A DNA stretch of 61,251 nt, counting the filler. It is 6 parts of 6 records of this genome, joined end to end, with 100 filler letters (N's around TTAATTAATTAA, not from the genome) between each part and the next. Parts side by side here need not be neighbours in the genome. Positions count along the whole stretch, not along the records: positions 16,832 to 27,398 come from SRR31156797_8209; positions 27,499 to 41,362 come from SRR31156797_8210; 4 more parts are not named here. One strand, written 5' to 3'. The position numbers and the translations under genes were made by a program. This document shows, one piece after another, positions 19,792 through 31,700 of this stretch. Every line of letters starts with the position of its first letter. Position 1 is the first letter of the stretch. A model generated the notes under the pieces. It saw only the letters and a program-made list of their open reading frames with translations, was not told the origin of the DNA and made no database searches.

Positions 19792-20286
19792 CTAATCCAG
19801 GCGAACCCGTTTCATGAGCCGCTCCCGGCATTTCTCTCCCCTGTGGGAAAGCACCGGCACGGGGGAGCGCTTGAACACCTGTTTTGCCACATCCCCGACA
19901 AAGGAGTTCCTGAAACCGGACCGTCCCCGGGTCCCCATGACTACGAGATCCGGGGATTCCCTGACAATGGTTTCCAGGATCTCATCCACTGGATGACCTA
20001 GCTTGAACAGGATTTTCACCCTTTCGTCCGGAAAACCGTTTGTTTCGACAATGGTGTCCATCATCGCCTTTCTGGCCTTCTTGATCTCGGCCACATAGTG
20101 CTCTCCATCCACATCATAACCCATGGAGACAACACTCTCCACCGATTGGATATCCCTTGAGTTGATGACGCTGACCACCAGGATATCCGCCCCGTATTTT
20201 TCGGCAACGGCTGCGGCCGAATCGAACACCCCCTGGCAATTATCGGTCATTGCCAGGGGAACCAGAACTATTTTTATGGTCTCCAT
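19792..20286 (-). CDS. Universal stress protein
   Basis: IVLVP..., GHPVDEIL, DLVVMGTRGRSG..FVGDVA.QV..RSPVPVL. Confidence 0.88.
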   Translation of the reverse strand: METIKIVLVPLAMTDNCQGVFDSAAAVAEKYGADILVVSVINSRDIQSVESVVSMGYDVDGEHYVAEIKKARKAMMDTIVETNGFPDERVKILFKLGHPVDEILETIVRESPDLVVMGTRGRSGFRNSFVGDVAKQVFKRSPVPVLSHRGEKCRERLMKRVRLD

Positions 20287-20300
20287 CTTACCCTCCCCGC

Positions 20301-22409
20301 TTAAGCTTGATAGTCTTCAAACGCCTGATCGGCGGTCATTTCATCCCCGACCGGAATCCTGGGACGCTGCATGAGATAGATCACTCCCAGCAGGGCCAGG
20401 CCCATGGGGTAGACCCAGTAGCGCTGGTCATGGGCGATTCCCAGGAGGGCGGCCACGGCGTCGGGCCGCATGAGCATGAAGGTCACCCCGAGGAAAAGAG
20501 GCACCTCGTAGAAGCGGTTCTTTGCGACAAACCATCCCTGGGTGGCAGATGCAAAGGCAAAGTTGCCCAGACAGGCCATAAGGAATATCAGGAGACCCTG
20601 GGACCAGGATGTGACATTGTGGAGGATCAGGTCGGCGTTGAAGATAAACATGAACGGCAGGATCGCGGTCCGGATGTCGTACATGAACCCCTGGATCCCA
20701 GTGGGGATGGGCGGGGATTTTGCGATGGCCGCGGCCGCATAGGCCGCAAGTCCCACGGGGGGGGTGTCATCGGCCAGGATGCCAAAGTAGAAGCAGAAGA
20801 GATGGGCGGACATCAAGGGCACGATGAAGTCGTTGGCGCCGCCGATCATGACGATGGCAGGGGCGGTCAGGGAGGCCATCACGATATAGGTGGCCGTGGT
20901 GGGCAGTCCCATGCCGATGATGAGGCTTGCCAGGGCCGTGATCAGCAGCATCAGAAAGATATTGCCCATGGAGAGCACATCGATGATCTGGGTGATGAGT
21001 CCGCCAAGCCCCAGGGCCACCACCCCGACGATGATGCCGGCGGCTGCCGTTGCCAGGGCCACGGATACCATGTTGCGTCCCCCCGCGGCCAGGGCGGCGA
21101 AAATGTTGACAACGCTCTGTTTAAAGGCGGGCAGGATCGGTTCCTTATTTCTCCACGCCTTGAAGGGCTCCTGGAAGATCATGATCAGGGCCATGACCCA
21201 GATGGCGTTGAAGGCCGACAGTTCCGGGGAGTGCCGCTTGACAATGAGCTCGTAGAGCAGCATGAAAAGGGGCACCAGAAAATGGATACCGCTCATAAGG
21301 GTTGCAAGGAAAGGCGGTAGCTCACGCCTGGGAAGTCCTTGGATACCGAGCTTGGACGCCTCGATGTGGGAGATGTAAAACAGGGCCGCATAGGAGGCAA
21401 AGGCGGGTACGGCAGCGGCCTTGACCACCTCGATGTAGGGCACGTTGACATACTCCGCGATGATAAAGGCGGCGGCCCCCATGATGGGCGGAGCCAGCTG
21501 GCCGTCGGTACTGGCGGCAACCTCCACGGCCGCGGCCTTGGTGGGCGGATACCCCACCTTTTTCATCATGGGGATGGTGAAGGTGCCGGTGGTGACGATG
21601 TTGGCAATGCTGGAACCGGACACCATGCCGGTGAGTCCGCTGCCCATGATGGCCGCCTTGGCCGGCCCGCCCTTGAAACCGCCAAGGAGGCTCAGGGCAA
21701 GCTTGATAAAGTATTGGCCCGCACCGGCCTTGTCCAGCATGGCGCCGAAGAGCACAAAAAGGAACACAATGGTGGCGGAGACATCCAGGGGAATGCCGTA
21801 GATCCCCTCCGAGGACATGGTCATCTGCCCCACGAACCGGCTCATGGAGGTTCCCTTGAACGCGATGAGATCGGGCATGTAGGGACCCAGGAAGGAATAA
21901 CCGATAAAGGCGATGGCAATGACAGGAAGGGCCGGCCCGATCACCCGTCTTGCCCCCTCCAGAAGCAGGAGGGTCAAGGTCATTCCAAGGAGGATATCCC
22001 GGCCGATGGGAAGGCCGTAGCGCTGGGTGATGCCGTCGTAATCGAGCATGATGTACAGGGCCGATAAACAGGCGATGACGGCGACCAGGATATCGATTAT
22101 CGGAATGCGGTTCTTGGCCGACAAAAAGGCTGGGCCGAACCGTCTCTCCTTGAGAACGGGGTAGTTGAGAAACACGATCAACAGGGCAAACCCGAGATGG
22201 ATCGCCCGGATAAAAATGGTATCCAGAATCAGCCAGCTGGCGATGGAAAGCTGGAACAGGCTCCAGATCACGGCAATGCCCGGGATAAGATAACGCAAGG
22301 GGCCACTGACCCGCCGGCCGATGCCGGCCTCCTCATCCGCAAGCCTCTGGGCCAGTTGTCGGCCCGCCTCGTCCTGGTGGTACTCCTCCACAGTGGTCAT
22401 ATGATTCAC
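20301..22409 (-). CDS. TRAP transporter fused permease (4TM/12TM, TAXI type)
   Basis: GGPAK, SGSSIANIVTTGTFTIPMMKK.G, GQLAPPIMGAAAF, GMGLPTTATY, TPPV; downstream of the TAXI binding protein. Confidence 0.92.
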   Translation of the reverse strand: MNHMTTVEEYHQDEAGRQLAQRLADEEAGIGRRVSGPLRYLIPGIAVIWSLFQLSIASWLILDTIFIRAIHLGFALLIVFLNYPVLKERRFGPAFLSAKNRIPIIDILVAVIACLSALYIMLDYDGITQRYGLPIGRDILLGMTLTLLLLEGARRVIGPALPVIAIAFIGYSFLGPYMPDLIAFKGTSMSRFVGQMTMSSEGIYGIPLDVSATIVFLFVLFGAMLDKAGAGQYFIKLALSLLGGFKGGPAKAAIMGSGLTGMVSGSSIANIVTTGTFTIPMMKKVGYPPTKAAAVEVAASTDGQLAPPIMGAAAFIIAEYVNVPYIEVVKAAAVPAFASYAALFYISHIEASKLGIQGLPRRELPPFLATLMSGIHFLVPLFMLLYELIVKRHSPELSAFNAIWVMALIMIFQEPFKAWRNKEPILPAFKQSVVNIFAALAAGGRNMVSVALATAAAGIIVGVVALGLGGLITQIIDVLSMGNIFLMLLITALASLIIGMGLPTTATYIVMASLTAPAIVMIGGANDFIVPLMSAHLFCFYFGILADDTPPVGLAAYAAAAIAKSPPIPTGIQGFMYDIRTAILPFMFIFNADLILHNVTSWSQGLLIFLMACLGNFAFASATQGWFVAKNRFYEVPLFLGVTFMLMRPDAVAALLGIAHDQRYWVYPMGLALLGVIYLMQRPRIPVGDEMTADQAFEDYQA

Positions 22410-22480
22410 CTGCCATGTTTGAAACAGGGCCTAAGAGAGATCAGGCCCCATGCAGATTACGAGTGATGAAACAAAACACG

Positions 22481-22526
22481 GGGTGAACCGGGCGGCAGAC
22501 ACCCGTTACAGCTGCCCGGTTCACTG
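22481..22526. terminator. Intergenic hairpin between the TAXI SBP and permease genes (mRNA stabiliser/attenuator)
   Basis: GTGAACCGGGCGGC...GCTGCCCGGTTCAC inverted repeat. Confidence 0.45.
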
Positions 22527-22589
22527 GCGGATTACAGCGTTTCGCATCTGAATCCCATGGATTCCCATGCAATCAGCCATAAGTGAGGA

Positions 22590-23573
22590 CTACTTGAGTC
22601 CGGCTTCCTTGTAGTAACGCATGGCGCCGGGATGAATCTGGGCGGAAAGTCCTTCGAGCATGTTCTGTTTTGTCAGGACCTTGTAGGCAGGGTGGAGTTT
22701 CTTAAAATCATCGAAGTTTTCAAAAACTTCCTTGGTGATGGCATAGACCACGTCATCGGGCACCTTGGCGGAGGTGACAAAGGTGGCTTTGACGCCAAAG
22801 GTGGTGACGTCCTCTTTATTGACCGCGCCGGGATAAAATTCGATGGGCACGACGGCCTTGGCGTAATAGGGATATTTATCAAGCAGGGCGTCGATGCCGG
22901 TGATGGGAACGATCCTCACCTTTACCTTACCGGCGGTGGCCTCCTTGATGGCGCCGCTGGGATGTCCGACTGTGTAGAAAAAGGCGTCGATCCGCTCATC
23001 CTGGAGAAGGCCCGGGGCCTCTGCCGCCTTGATCCCTTCGGCATTGAGATCCTTTTTCAGGTCAAACCCCACTGCGGTGAGGGCATCGATGGAGTTCTGG
23101 CGCTGTCCGGAACCGGGGTTGCCGATATTCACGTTTTTCCCATTGAGATCCCGGATGGTTTTGATCCCGGAATCCACTGAAGCGCAAAGGGTGATGGATT
23201 CAGGATGGATGCTGAAGACCGAGCGAAGGTCTTTCTGGGGACGTCCGTCCCACTCGGAGTTCTTGGAGCCGTGGACGGCCTGGTACTGACGGTCTGACTG
23301 CACCACGCCGAATTCAAGATCCCCTGCCATGATGGCGTTGACATTGAACACGGACCCGCCGGTGGACTCCACCGTGCACCGGATGCCGTACTCTTTTCGC
23401 TTCTTATTGACGATCTTGGAGATCGCGCCGCCTGTGGGGTAGTAAACACCGGTGATGCCGCCGGTTCCGATGGTGACGAAGGTGGTTTTGGCTTCAGCTT
23501 GCGGGGGGATGAACCCAAGGGAAAAAACAACTGTAATAGCCAGAGATAGACCGATAATTAACGTTCGCTTCAT
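22590..23573 (-). CDS. TAXI family TRAP transporter solute-binding protein
   Basis: IGTGGITGVYYPTGG, STGGSVFN, GNPGSGQ, IHPGAMRYYKE. Confidence 0.93.
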   Translation of the reverse strand: MKRTLIIGLSLAITVVFSLGFIPPQAEAKTTFVTIGTGGITGVYYPTGGAISKIVNKKRKEYGIRCTVESTGGSVFNVNAIMAGDLEFGVVQSDRQYQAVHGSKNSEWDGRPQKDLRSVFSIHPESITLCASVDSGIKTIRDLNGKNVNIGNPGSGQRQNSIDALTAVGFDLKKDLNAEGIKAAEAPGLLQDERIDAFFYTVGHPSGAIKEATAGKVKVRIVPITGIDALLDKYPYYAKAVVPIEFYPGAVNKEDVTTFGVKATFVTSAKVPDDVVYAITKEVFENFDDFKKLHPAYKVLTKQNMLEGLSAQIHPGAMRYYKEAGLK

Positions 23574-23799
23574 TCAGAAACCTCCTTAAGGAAATGATTT
23601 ACTGCCTACGAATACCTAACATCTGATGACTAATTGTTGTTCAACTACTGCTGCTTGATAAGGGACCGGGGATGCCCCATTTTATCGCCCCTGAACAGGA
23701 AGTTCAGGGGCGTCTGGATCAGCTGTTAAATTAGCTTAATGATAAATATTTGTCAATGACAACCATTTTGTCAAGGGATTTCATTTTTTTTTGCGAACC

Positions 23800-25620
23800 C
23801 TATTTACCGGATTTAAGCACGGACAGGAACGCGGACTGGGGAATTTCAACCGATCCCACCATCTTCATCCGCTTCTTTCCCTTTTTCTGCTTTTCAAGGA
23901 GTTTCCGCTTTCTGGAAATATCTCCGCCGTAACATTTGGCGGTAACATCCTTCCGGTAGGCGGACACCGTCTCCCTGGAGATGATCTTGCCGCCGATGGC
24001 GCCCTGGATGGCGATCTTGAACATCTGCCTGGGGATCTCCTCCCTGAGTTTCTTGCAGGCGTGCCGTGCCCGTTCAATGGACTTGTCCCGGTGCACCAGC
24101 TGGGATAGGGCATCCACCCGTTCGCCGTTGACCAGGAAATCGAGTTTGACAAGGTCGGTCTCCTGATATCCCGCGATCTCGTAATCAAAGGAGCCGTATC
24201 CCTGGGTGACGCTCTTGAGACGGTCGTAGAACTCGTACACCACCTCGGCCAGGGGAAGGGTGAATTTCATCTCGATCCGGTTGCTGGTCAGGTACTGGTA
24301 GTTGGTGCTCACACCCCGGTGCTCGAGGCAGACCTGCATCACGGCGCCCATGTACTTGTCCGGAACAATGATCGCGGCATTGATATAGGGTTCCCTTGTC
24401 ATCTCGATCTCGGCGGGATCGGGATAAAGGGCGGGGTTGTCAATGATCTCCACGGTTCCGTCTGTCCGGGTGATCTCATACCGCACCGACGGGGATGTCA
24501 GGATGAGTGAGAGATCATACTCCCGCTCCAGGCGTTCCTGGACCACCTCAAGATGGAGCAGGCCGAGGAATCCGCACCTGTAACCAAATCCAAGGGCCGC
24601 GGACGAATCCTTTTCATAGATCAGGGAAGCATCGTTGAGCTTCAGCTTTTCCAGGGCTTCGGTAAGCTCCGGGTACTCGTCGGACGCCACGGGATACATG
24701 GATGAGAACACCACCGGGTTGGGATCCCGGAAGCCGTCCATGGGGGCTTCGCACGGGTTGTCGGCAAGGGTGACGGTATCACCGATCTTGACATCGCTGA
24801 TCATCTTGATGCCGGCGATCACGTACCCCACCTGCCCTGCCGTGAGGCGTTTCACCGGCTCACGCTTGATCTGGAACAGGCCCACCTCTTCCACCTTGTA
24901 GGATGAGCCTGAGGAGAGAAAGCTGATTTTGTCACCGGGAGCGACACTTCCCTCAAACACCCGGAAATGGACGATAACACCCCGGTAGGGATCGTAATGG
25001 GAATCAAACACCAGCGCCTTGAGGGGCCCCTCGGGATCCCCCTCTGGTGGGGGAATCATGTTAACGGCCGCCTCGAACACGCTTGCCACGCCAACCCCTG
25101 TCTTTGCCGACACAAGAAGGGCCGACTCACTGTCAAGGCCCAGGTCCTCGTCGATCTGGTCCTTGACCCAGTCGATCTCGGCCGACGGGAGGTCAATCTT
25201 GTTTACAACCGGAACAATCTCGAGATCGTGCTCCATGGCAAGGTAGATATTGGCCAGGGTCTGGGCCTCCACCCCCTGGCTTGCGTCCACAAGGAGAAAG
25301 GCGCCTTCACAGGAGGCAAGGGCCCTGGAAACCTCGTAGGAAAAATCCACGTGGCCCGGTGTGTCGATGAGGTTGAGAAGATACTCCTCACCATCTTCGG
25401 CTTTATAGGGAAGCGACACCGTCTGGCTCTTGATGGTGATTCCCCTCTCCCGTTCGATGTCCATGGAGTCCAGTATCTGATCCTTGAAATCCCGGTCCTC
25501 AACAATGCCGGCAAGCTGGATGAGCCTGTCGGACAGGGTTGATTTGCCGTGATCAATATGGGCAATTATACTGAAATTTCTAATATTTTTCCGCTTTATA
25601 TTCAAATTAACCTCAAACAA
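23800..25620 (-). CDS. lepA: Translation elongation factor 4
   Basis: IRNFSIIAHIDHGKSTL, DTPGHVDF, GFLGLLHLE, KCYGGDISRKRKLLEKQK. Exact start uncertain. Confidence 0.96.
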   Translation of the reverse strand: MFEVNLNIKRKNIRNFSIIAHIDHGKSTLSDRLIQLAGIVEDRDFKDQILDSMDIERERGITIKSQTVSLPYKAEDGEEYLLNLIDTPGHVDFSYEVSRALASCEGAFLLVDASQGVEAQTLANIYLAMEHDLEIVPVVNKIDLPSAEIDWVKDQIDEDLGLDSESALLVSAKTGVGVASVFEAAVNMIPPPEGDPEGPLKALVFDSHYDPYRGVIVHFRVFEGSVAPGDKISFLSSGSSYKVEEVGLFQIKREPVKRLTAGQVGYVIAGIKMISDVKIGDTVTLADNPCEAPMDGFRDPNPVVFSSMYPVASDEYPELTEALEKLKLNDASLIYEKDSSAALGFGYRCGFLGLLHLEVVQERLEREYDLSLILTSPSVRYEITRTDGTVEIIDNPALYPDPAEIEMTREPYINAAIIVPDKYMGAVMQVCLEHRGVSTNYQYLTSNRIEMKFTLPLAEVVYEFYDRLKSVTQGYGSFDYEIAGYQETDLVKLDFLVNGERVDALSQLVHRDKSIERARHACKKLREEIPRQMFKIAIQGAIGGKIISRETVSAYRKDVTAKCYGGDISRKRKLLEKQKKGKKRMKMVGSVEIPQSAFLSVLKSGK

Positions 25621-25758
25621 AGAGTTGACATTTTTTATTGATATATATAGTTCTTTTTTATGATACTATGATTTGTTTCATTTTTTATCAGGTGGCATCA
25701 AAAGTGTCAAGGATGACGCAGACCACAAACCACAACCGATAGTTTTCAGGATCTTTCC

Positions 25759-26664
25759 ATGACAATTTCAGTTCTCCTTGTTGACGATGATATAGCGGTC
25801 AAATCCTCCACCGAAGAATTCCTTGAGCTGTCCGGTTTCAACGTGACTTCAGCTTCCAACGCCGAAGAGGCCCTTGATCTTCTCGACTCGGTCACTCCGG
25901 ATATCGTTATCACGGATATCATGATGGAGGAAATGGACGGTCTTGAACTGACCCAGCATATCAAGGAAAACCACGATGCGGCCGTCATTGTCATGACCGG
26001 CTACAGTGCGGACTACTCCTATGAGGAGGCCGTCAATGCCGGTGCCAGCGACTTTATCTTCAAGCCCTTCCGGTTCGAGGAGCTGGATCTTCGCATCAAG
26101 CGGGTGCTGCAGGAGATGCGGCTTCAAAGGGAGCACGCAAAGATGGTGAAAAAGCTGGAGGAGCTGGCCATCACGGACGGGCTGACGAGCCTGTACAACT
26201 CCCGCCACTTTTTCACCCAGGTCAAGACCGAAATGGAACGGTACAGCCGGTATCTCCACCCCCTCTCCCTCCTGATCCTGGATATCGATCTGTTCAAGAA
26301 CTTCAACGACACCTGGGGGCATCTCGAGGGAGACAAGGTGCTCATCGCCATGGGGGAAATCATCACCTGCTGCCTGAGAACCAATGACACGGCCTACCGG
26401 TACGGCGGAGAGGAGTTCACCGTGATTCTGCCCGAAACCCGGTTGGAGGAAGCCTGCCTTGTCGGCGAAAGGATCATGGGCATCCTGGCCCAGAGGCGGT
26501 TCACCCCGGTTAAGGGAGAGAGCGTTCAGGTCACCATCAGCATCGGTGTCACCGAATTTTCCACGGAAGACGACCTGGAATCCTTTATCAAGCGGGCCGA
26601 CGAGGCCATGTACCGCTCAAAAAAGGCAGGCAGGAATCGGTTGACCTGCCTGCCCTTACCCTAA
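25759..26664 (+). CDS. Response regulator diguanylate cyclase (REC-GGDEF)
   Basis: LLVDDD, ITDIMM and KPF receiver motifs; RTND (RxxD I-site) and RYGGEEF. Confidence 0.92.
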   Translation: MTISVLLVDDDIAVKSSTEEFLELSGFNVTSASNAEEALDLLDSVTPDIVITDIMMEEMDGLELTQHIKENHDAAVIVMTGYSADYSYEEAVNAGASDFIFKPFRFEELDLRIKRVLQEMRLQREHAKMVKKLEELAITDGLTSLYNSRHFFTQVKTEMERYSRYLHPLSLLILDIDLFKNFNDTWGHLEGDKVLIAMGEIITCCLRTNDTAYRYGGEEFTVILPETRLEEACLVGERIMGILAQRRFTPVKGESVQVTISIGVTEFSTEDDLESFIKRADEAMYRSKKAGRNRLTCLPLP

Positions 26665-26668
26665 AGCC

Positions 26669-27398
26669 TTAAGCTTTCATCTTCTGAATTCGTTCCAGAT
26701 TGCTTCTCAGCTTGTCGTTCTTGGTCTTGAGTTCGGCCTGCTGCTCGTTCACCTTTCGAACGACCTCCTCGGGAGCCTTTTCAAGGAAGCTCTCGTTGTT
26801 GAGCCGTTTGGATATGGAGAGGAGCTCTTTGGTCACCTTTTCAATATCCTTTTCCAGGCGCTGCTCTTCCTTTTCGAAATCGATCACCCCTTCCAGCAGT
26901 ACATGAACCGTGGTGGAACCGACAACGGCGGTGGCGGAGGAAACGTTGTTCACCCCCGGCAGCATGACCTCAAGGCTTTCCAGACGTGAGAGATTCTCGA
27001 TCATGGCGCGGTTCTCCTCGATCAAGGCGGTCTCCTGCTCGTCCTGGGTCTGCATCATCACCTTGAGCTTCATGGAGGGCACGATGTTCATCTCGCCCCG
27101 GATATTTCTAATGCCTGAAATCAAGCCGAATATAAAGCCCATGTCCGCTTCGATGCCGGCGTCCTCAAGGTCCGCGGCGGGGAAGCCCGCATGCATGATA
27201 CTGCCCTCGACCGTGGGCAGCCTGTCCCAGATTTCCTCGGTCACAAAGGGCATGAAGGGATGGAGCATGATAAGGCTCTCCTCCAGTACCTTTGCGAGGA
27301 CGGCCCTTGCGGTGTCCCGGCGCTCCGCGCCCTCTTTCTCATACAGGGCGGGTTTTGCCGCCTCCAGGTACCAGTCGCAGAACTCATGCCATACAAAC
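26669..27398 (-). CDS. valS: Valine--tRNA ligase, C-terminal part
   Basis: FVWHEFCDWYLE, LHPFMPFVTEEIW, and C-terminal coiled coil RLNNESFLEKAPEEVV. Confidence 0.93.
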
Positions 27399-27581
27399 NN
27401 NNNNNNNNNNNNNNNNNNNNNNNNNNNNNNNNNNNNNNNNNNTTAATTAATTAANNNNNNNNNNNNNNNNNNNNNNNNNNNNNNNNNNNNNNNNNNNNTG
27501 TAGCAGTGATTTTCTGCTACACCATACCACGTCTGCTTGCAGCGATGTGGTTGATTTTTTTAAAATATAAACAGAAGGGAG

Positions 27582-28703
27582 TTGAACCCCGTGAAAGTAA
27601 GATATAAATTAGAATTTACATTTTTTATTCTCTTAATTGCACTTATTCCAATATTTCTTTATACGATAATTCTTAATTTTGAGTATAAGAAAAATATAAA
27701 GAGTAGAAACTACTCCTATCTAGAGACTGTAAGAGATACAAATCTCAAAATGCTGGATCAGAACTATGCTCTCTTGATAAATAGTGTGGATTTCCAGATA
27801 AAATCTAGTGAGAATAAAAAAAACATCAGAAAACTCAATTTGGACGGGATAAAAAACAGCTCGGAATATATTGATGCAGTTTATACTTTTAGCCCGAATT
27901 TTAAGATAGAAAGATTCGTGAGTAATATGAAAGATGAGATTTTTTCGCATGAACAGATACTTAATACTGTGAGAAATGCTAATTTTTCAAGGAAATATTA
28001 TATGGAAAATGTTGATAGTGAGCAAGGGTATAATATTCTTGTGTTTAATTACTTTAATGCAGGTTATGTAGCACTTATATTAAACTATAAAATGTTTGAT
28101 ATAGTTGATATTGATAAGGGCTTCAAAGTCGATATTTACAATGATAAATACAGACTTATTAAGAGTACGTATAAGAGAAAAATGAATATTAAGGAGATAG
28201 ATGACTTTACCAAGAAAGTAACAGATGGAATAGTTAATAGTGAAATGATAGATGGGAAAGTTCACTCATACTCTATGCTGCCTATGAACGGTGCGGAGTT
28301 TTATATAGTTGTGCAAAATGAAACTGCTATTCTGCAAAGGTTCAGAAAGGAACTATTGCATTATACTGTTTTTATTATTTTGTTTTCACTGTGTGTCAGT
28401 TTCCTGATATCATGGAAATTTTTAGATTTCATTAATACTCATGTTACGAAGAAACAAATATCATATGATTATGATGATTATCAGATAAAAAAAGTAAGTG
28501 GAAGAATATCTGAAAATTTAGTTAGTCTGGATAGAATTTTAAGTTATTACAATGATTTTTTGGTTTTGAAAAATGACATGGAAGAGGTAAAAAAAGGTCT
28601 CGCGCATAGAAGAGAACGCATAGAAAGAGATGAGAAAGATGAAGATAAAACTAATAAGCCAAAAGATATTGAAGATGATAAAGAAACCGATAGTTTATCT
28701 TGA
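27582..28703 (+). CDS. Membrane protein with TM-extracytoplasmic (Cache-like)-TM layout and no recognisable output domain
   Basis: Two hydrophobic segments flank a roughly 230-aa region with Cache-like elements (GYVALILNY, VHSYS...FYIVVQ); short charged cytoplasmic tail. The Cache call is by eye. Confidence 0.55.
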   Translation: MNPVKVRYKLEFTFFILLIALIPIFLYTIILNFEYKKNIKSRNYSYLETVRDTNLKMLDQNYALLINSVDFQIKSSENKKNIRKLNLDGIKNSSEYIDAVYTFSPNFKIERFVSNMKDEIFSHEQILNTVRNANFSRKYYMENVDSEQGYNILVFNYFNAGYVALILNYKMFDIVDIDKGFKVDIYNDKYRLIKSTYKRKMNIKEIDDFTKKVTDGIVNSEMIDGKVHSYSMLPMNGAEFYIVVQNETAILQRFRKELLHYTVFIILFSLCVSFLISWKFLDFINTHVTKKQISYDYDDYQIKKVSGRISENLVSLDRILSYYNDFLVLKNDMEEVKKGLAHRRERIERDEKDEDKTNKPKDIEDDKETDSLS

Positions 28704-31700
28704 AAAATCAATAGATAGTATAATTACAAAGCAAAAGTTCGAGTTGTTTTCTATTATTATGATGTTTCTGTTGATATTGATCTTTTTAGAGCCACTCTTT
28801 AAGAGTGGTCATATTGTATTTAGTGATTTAGACTTCCCAAAAGAAGCACAAAGCTATCTTGATCAGATATTTGGATTGTGGAATGGCAGATGGAGCACAG
28901 GAACAATGTTTAATCTGCCTAGACTGCTTTATATAGTTATTCCTTATGCAATCTCGTCTTTATTTGGTTTTGACGGAGAAATATTACTTGAGACATTTTT
29001 AGTTTTGCTTATTTTTAACTCTGCACTTAGCATGTATATATTTAGTGAGAATATAATTGCAGTTTATTTCAAAGAGAAATTTGATTTTTACAGAGTATTT
29101 ATTGTTGTTACAGCAGGATTATTTTATGCTTTGAATCCCTGGGTAATTTTTAGGATTCAACATATTTATCTCCTATGCGGTTACTCTTTTTTCCCAATTG
29201 TTATAAACTATTTCCTATATATATTTCACCCTAAATTTATTATATATAGAAATCCTGATGATTATATCTTTGGAAAAAAGTTAATTAAACAAAACTATAG
29301 AGATATAGCAACACTGTGCTTTTTTATAAGTATAAGCGCCGGGGCTATCCACTATTTTTTTTATATTTTCTTTTACTTAGGGATAATATTTGGCTTGATT
29401 ATGCTTAAATACCCGTTATATTTTTTATTTAAATATGGAAAAGATAAAGCTAAGCGATATATTATAAGTAATATTAAAAAAGTAGTTGTAGCAGCTATAT
29501 TTTTTGGACTTTTTAATTTTTATTGGCTTTCAATTTATTTGGGAAGTATAGTTCTGGATTTAGGAGTATCACAGCATAATATAAATGTAATAGATACATT
29601 AGTAATGTTTAGTAAAAACAGCTCACCTGTTAAAGTTATTTATTTGATAAGTTACTGGTGGCCAATGTTTAATTTAAATGACCTTCCGCTATCATTTTAT
29701 CTTGGTGGAGGGGTAATTTTGTTTTTTGTAATTGCCGGAGTATTTTTCAGATTTCTAAAAGACAATATTGTAGTTTGGTTTACACTTACTTCTTTGATAT
29801 TTATTTTCATGTCAACAGGTGTAGAACTTACGAATTTCGCAAAAATATTTGTTGGAATAACTAAATTACCTGTATTTGGTAATATCTTTCGTGATCCTAA
29901 TAAAACAATAGGGATATTAGCATTAAACTATTCGGTTTTATTAATCTTTGGCTTGGAGCATATATATAATTATATTAATGATACTACCAGAGGTAGATTG
30001 CTGAAATTATCGATAATGGCTTTGATTGTTCTTGGTTTTACATATTATATAAAACCTCTGAGAGATAACTTTATAGAAGGTTTCTATTTTCCTATAGAGA
30101 TTCCAAAAGAGTTTGCAGAACTTAATGAAGAGCTAAATAAACAAGACAAAGTACTCTATATGCCAAATGCGGAAAATATGCTGCGAAGTGTCGAAGGAAC
30201 AGCTACTCCGTTTTGGAATAAAAACCCCTACTCACAAGGAATAGCTAAATCTACAGCTGACTTTCATGTATATAATTCAAAGGCTGATACAGTATTTCAT
30301 CATGAGGGAAGTACTTTGAGTATTACATACTACTTGAATTATTTACAGCACCTGTTAGATAACGGAATTACAAAAGATTTTAGACTCTATCTACAGCCTT
30401 TTGGGCTCAATAAATATATCTATCATAATGAATATACTGAACAGGAAGATCGGCAGAATTTTAATGAGAAAATATTAAGTTTACAAGACAATATGAATAT
30501 ATCTTATAAAAATGATATTTTTAAAGTATATGATATCGGAAAAAGAGAGAGAATAAGAGCAATATATAAAAAAGTTCTAACACCATATTCATACACTCAT
30601 TTAGCAGGTTATAGAGAAATAGGTGATTTTAACTTAAAAGATTATGGAGTTCTACACTCAACTCTTAATTTTCAGAATAATTTGAAACTAATGGAGCAGG
30701 ATGACTATGTAGAAATTATAGAAAAAAATGATCTGCTTCTGTCAAATTTAGATGAAAAATATTATATAGCACCATTTGATTATATAAATGATGGAAATGT
30801 ATTTCTTAGATGGAGTAAGACTTTCCTGAAAAATAGCGATTGGGAATGGTTTATGCGAATAAACGAGATAGATAATTTTAAATTTGAGCATGATTTCGCT
30901 AAAGGAGTAGCTGTGACTTTCTCCGGAGCGGGCCTAAAAGCTCCGGCATATGAAGAAGATGAACTGGAGGGAAGAGTAGTACTTGATTTTGATTCTATAT
31001 TAAAACTTGATAAATTTTTTATAGCTGATAATCCTGATATATTTGAAGTATATGCCAATCCTGTATCAGCATATAGTAAATTCCCAGTTATATTTGGTGA
31101 AATTGCAAAAGATTATCCTCGTAGATTATGGCAGGTTGCCAAGTCGGAACTTTTACCTATTAGGGAAAATATGTTTTATAGATTTAACCTTAAATTATCA
31201 GGTCGTGGAACTAATAAAATGCATTTCAAAGTACGTTTTTATGATGTTCATATGAACGAACTGTCAATAAACTATATAGTTGCACCATCAGAAGAAGTGA
31301 ATTTTAACGGAGTGAATTTCTTTGGAGAGTGTATCTCGCCAAAAGAGAGTAAATATATGAGAATAGATCTATTGTCATATCAAAGACCATCACAAAAAGT
31401 ATATTGGTGGATTCATGATATGAAAATATATGAATATGAAGGAGAAACTAAAAGAAATATAGTTGAGATGAAAAAAAGTTTTGAAAAAGAAACAAAAGCC
31501 GAGTTATACGCGAGAGTATTTTTCTCACGAAAAGGCGGAGAACTAAAATTTATAATAAATAAAAAAGAAATTGCGCTAAATACATATAGCAAATATAGAA
31601 ACGAGTTTAGATGGATAAAGATAGATGAGATAGAATTTAACAAAGGTGAAAATAAAATAGAGTTGGAAAATATAACAGGATTTAATGCTGTAAATATTTT

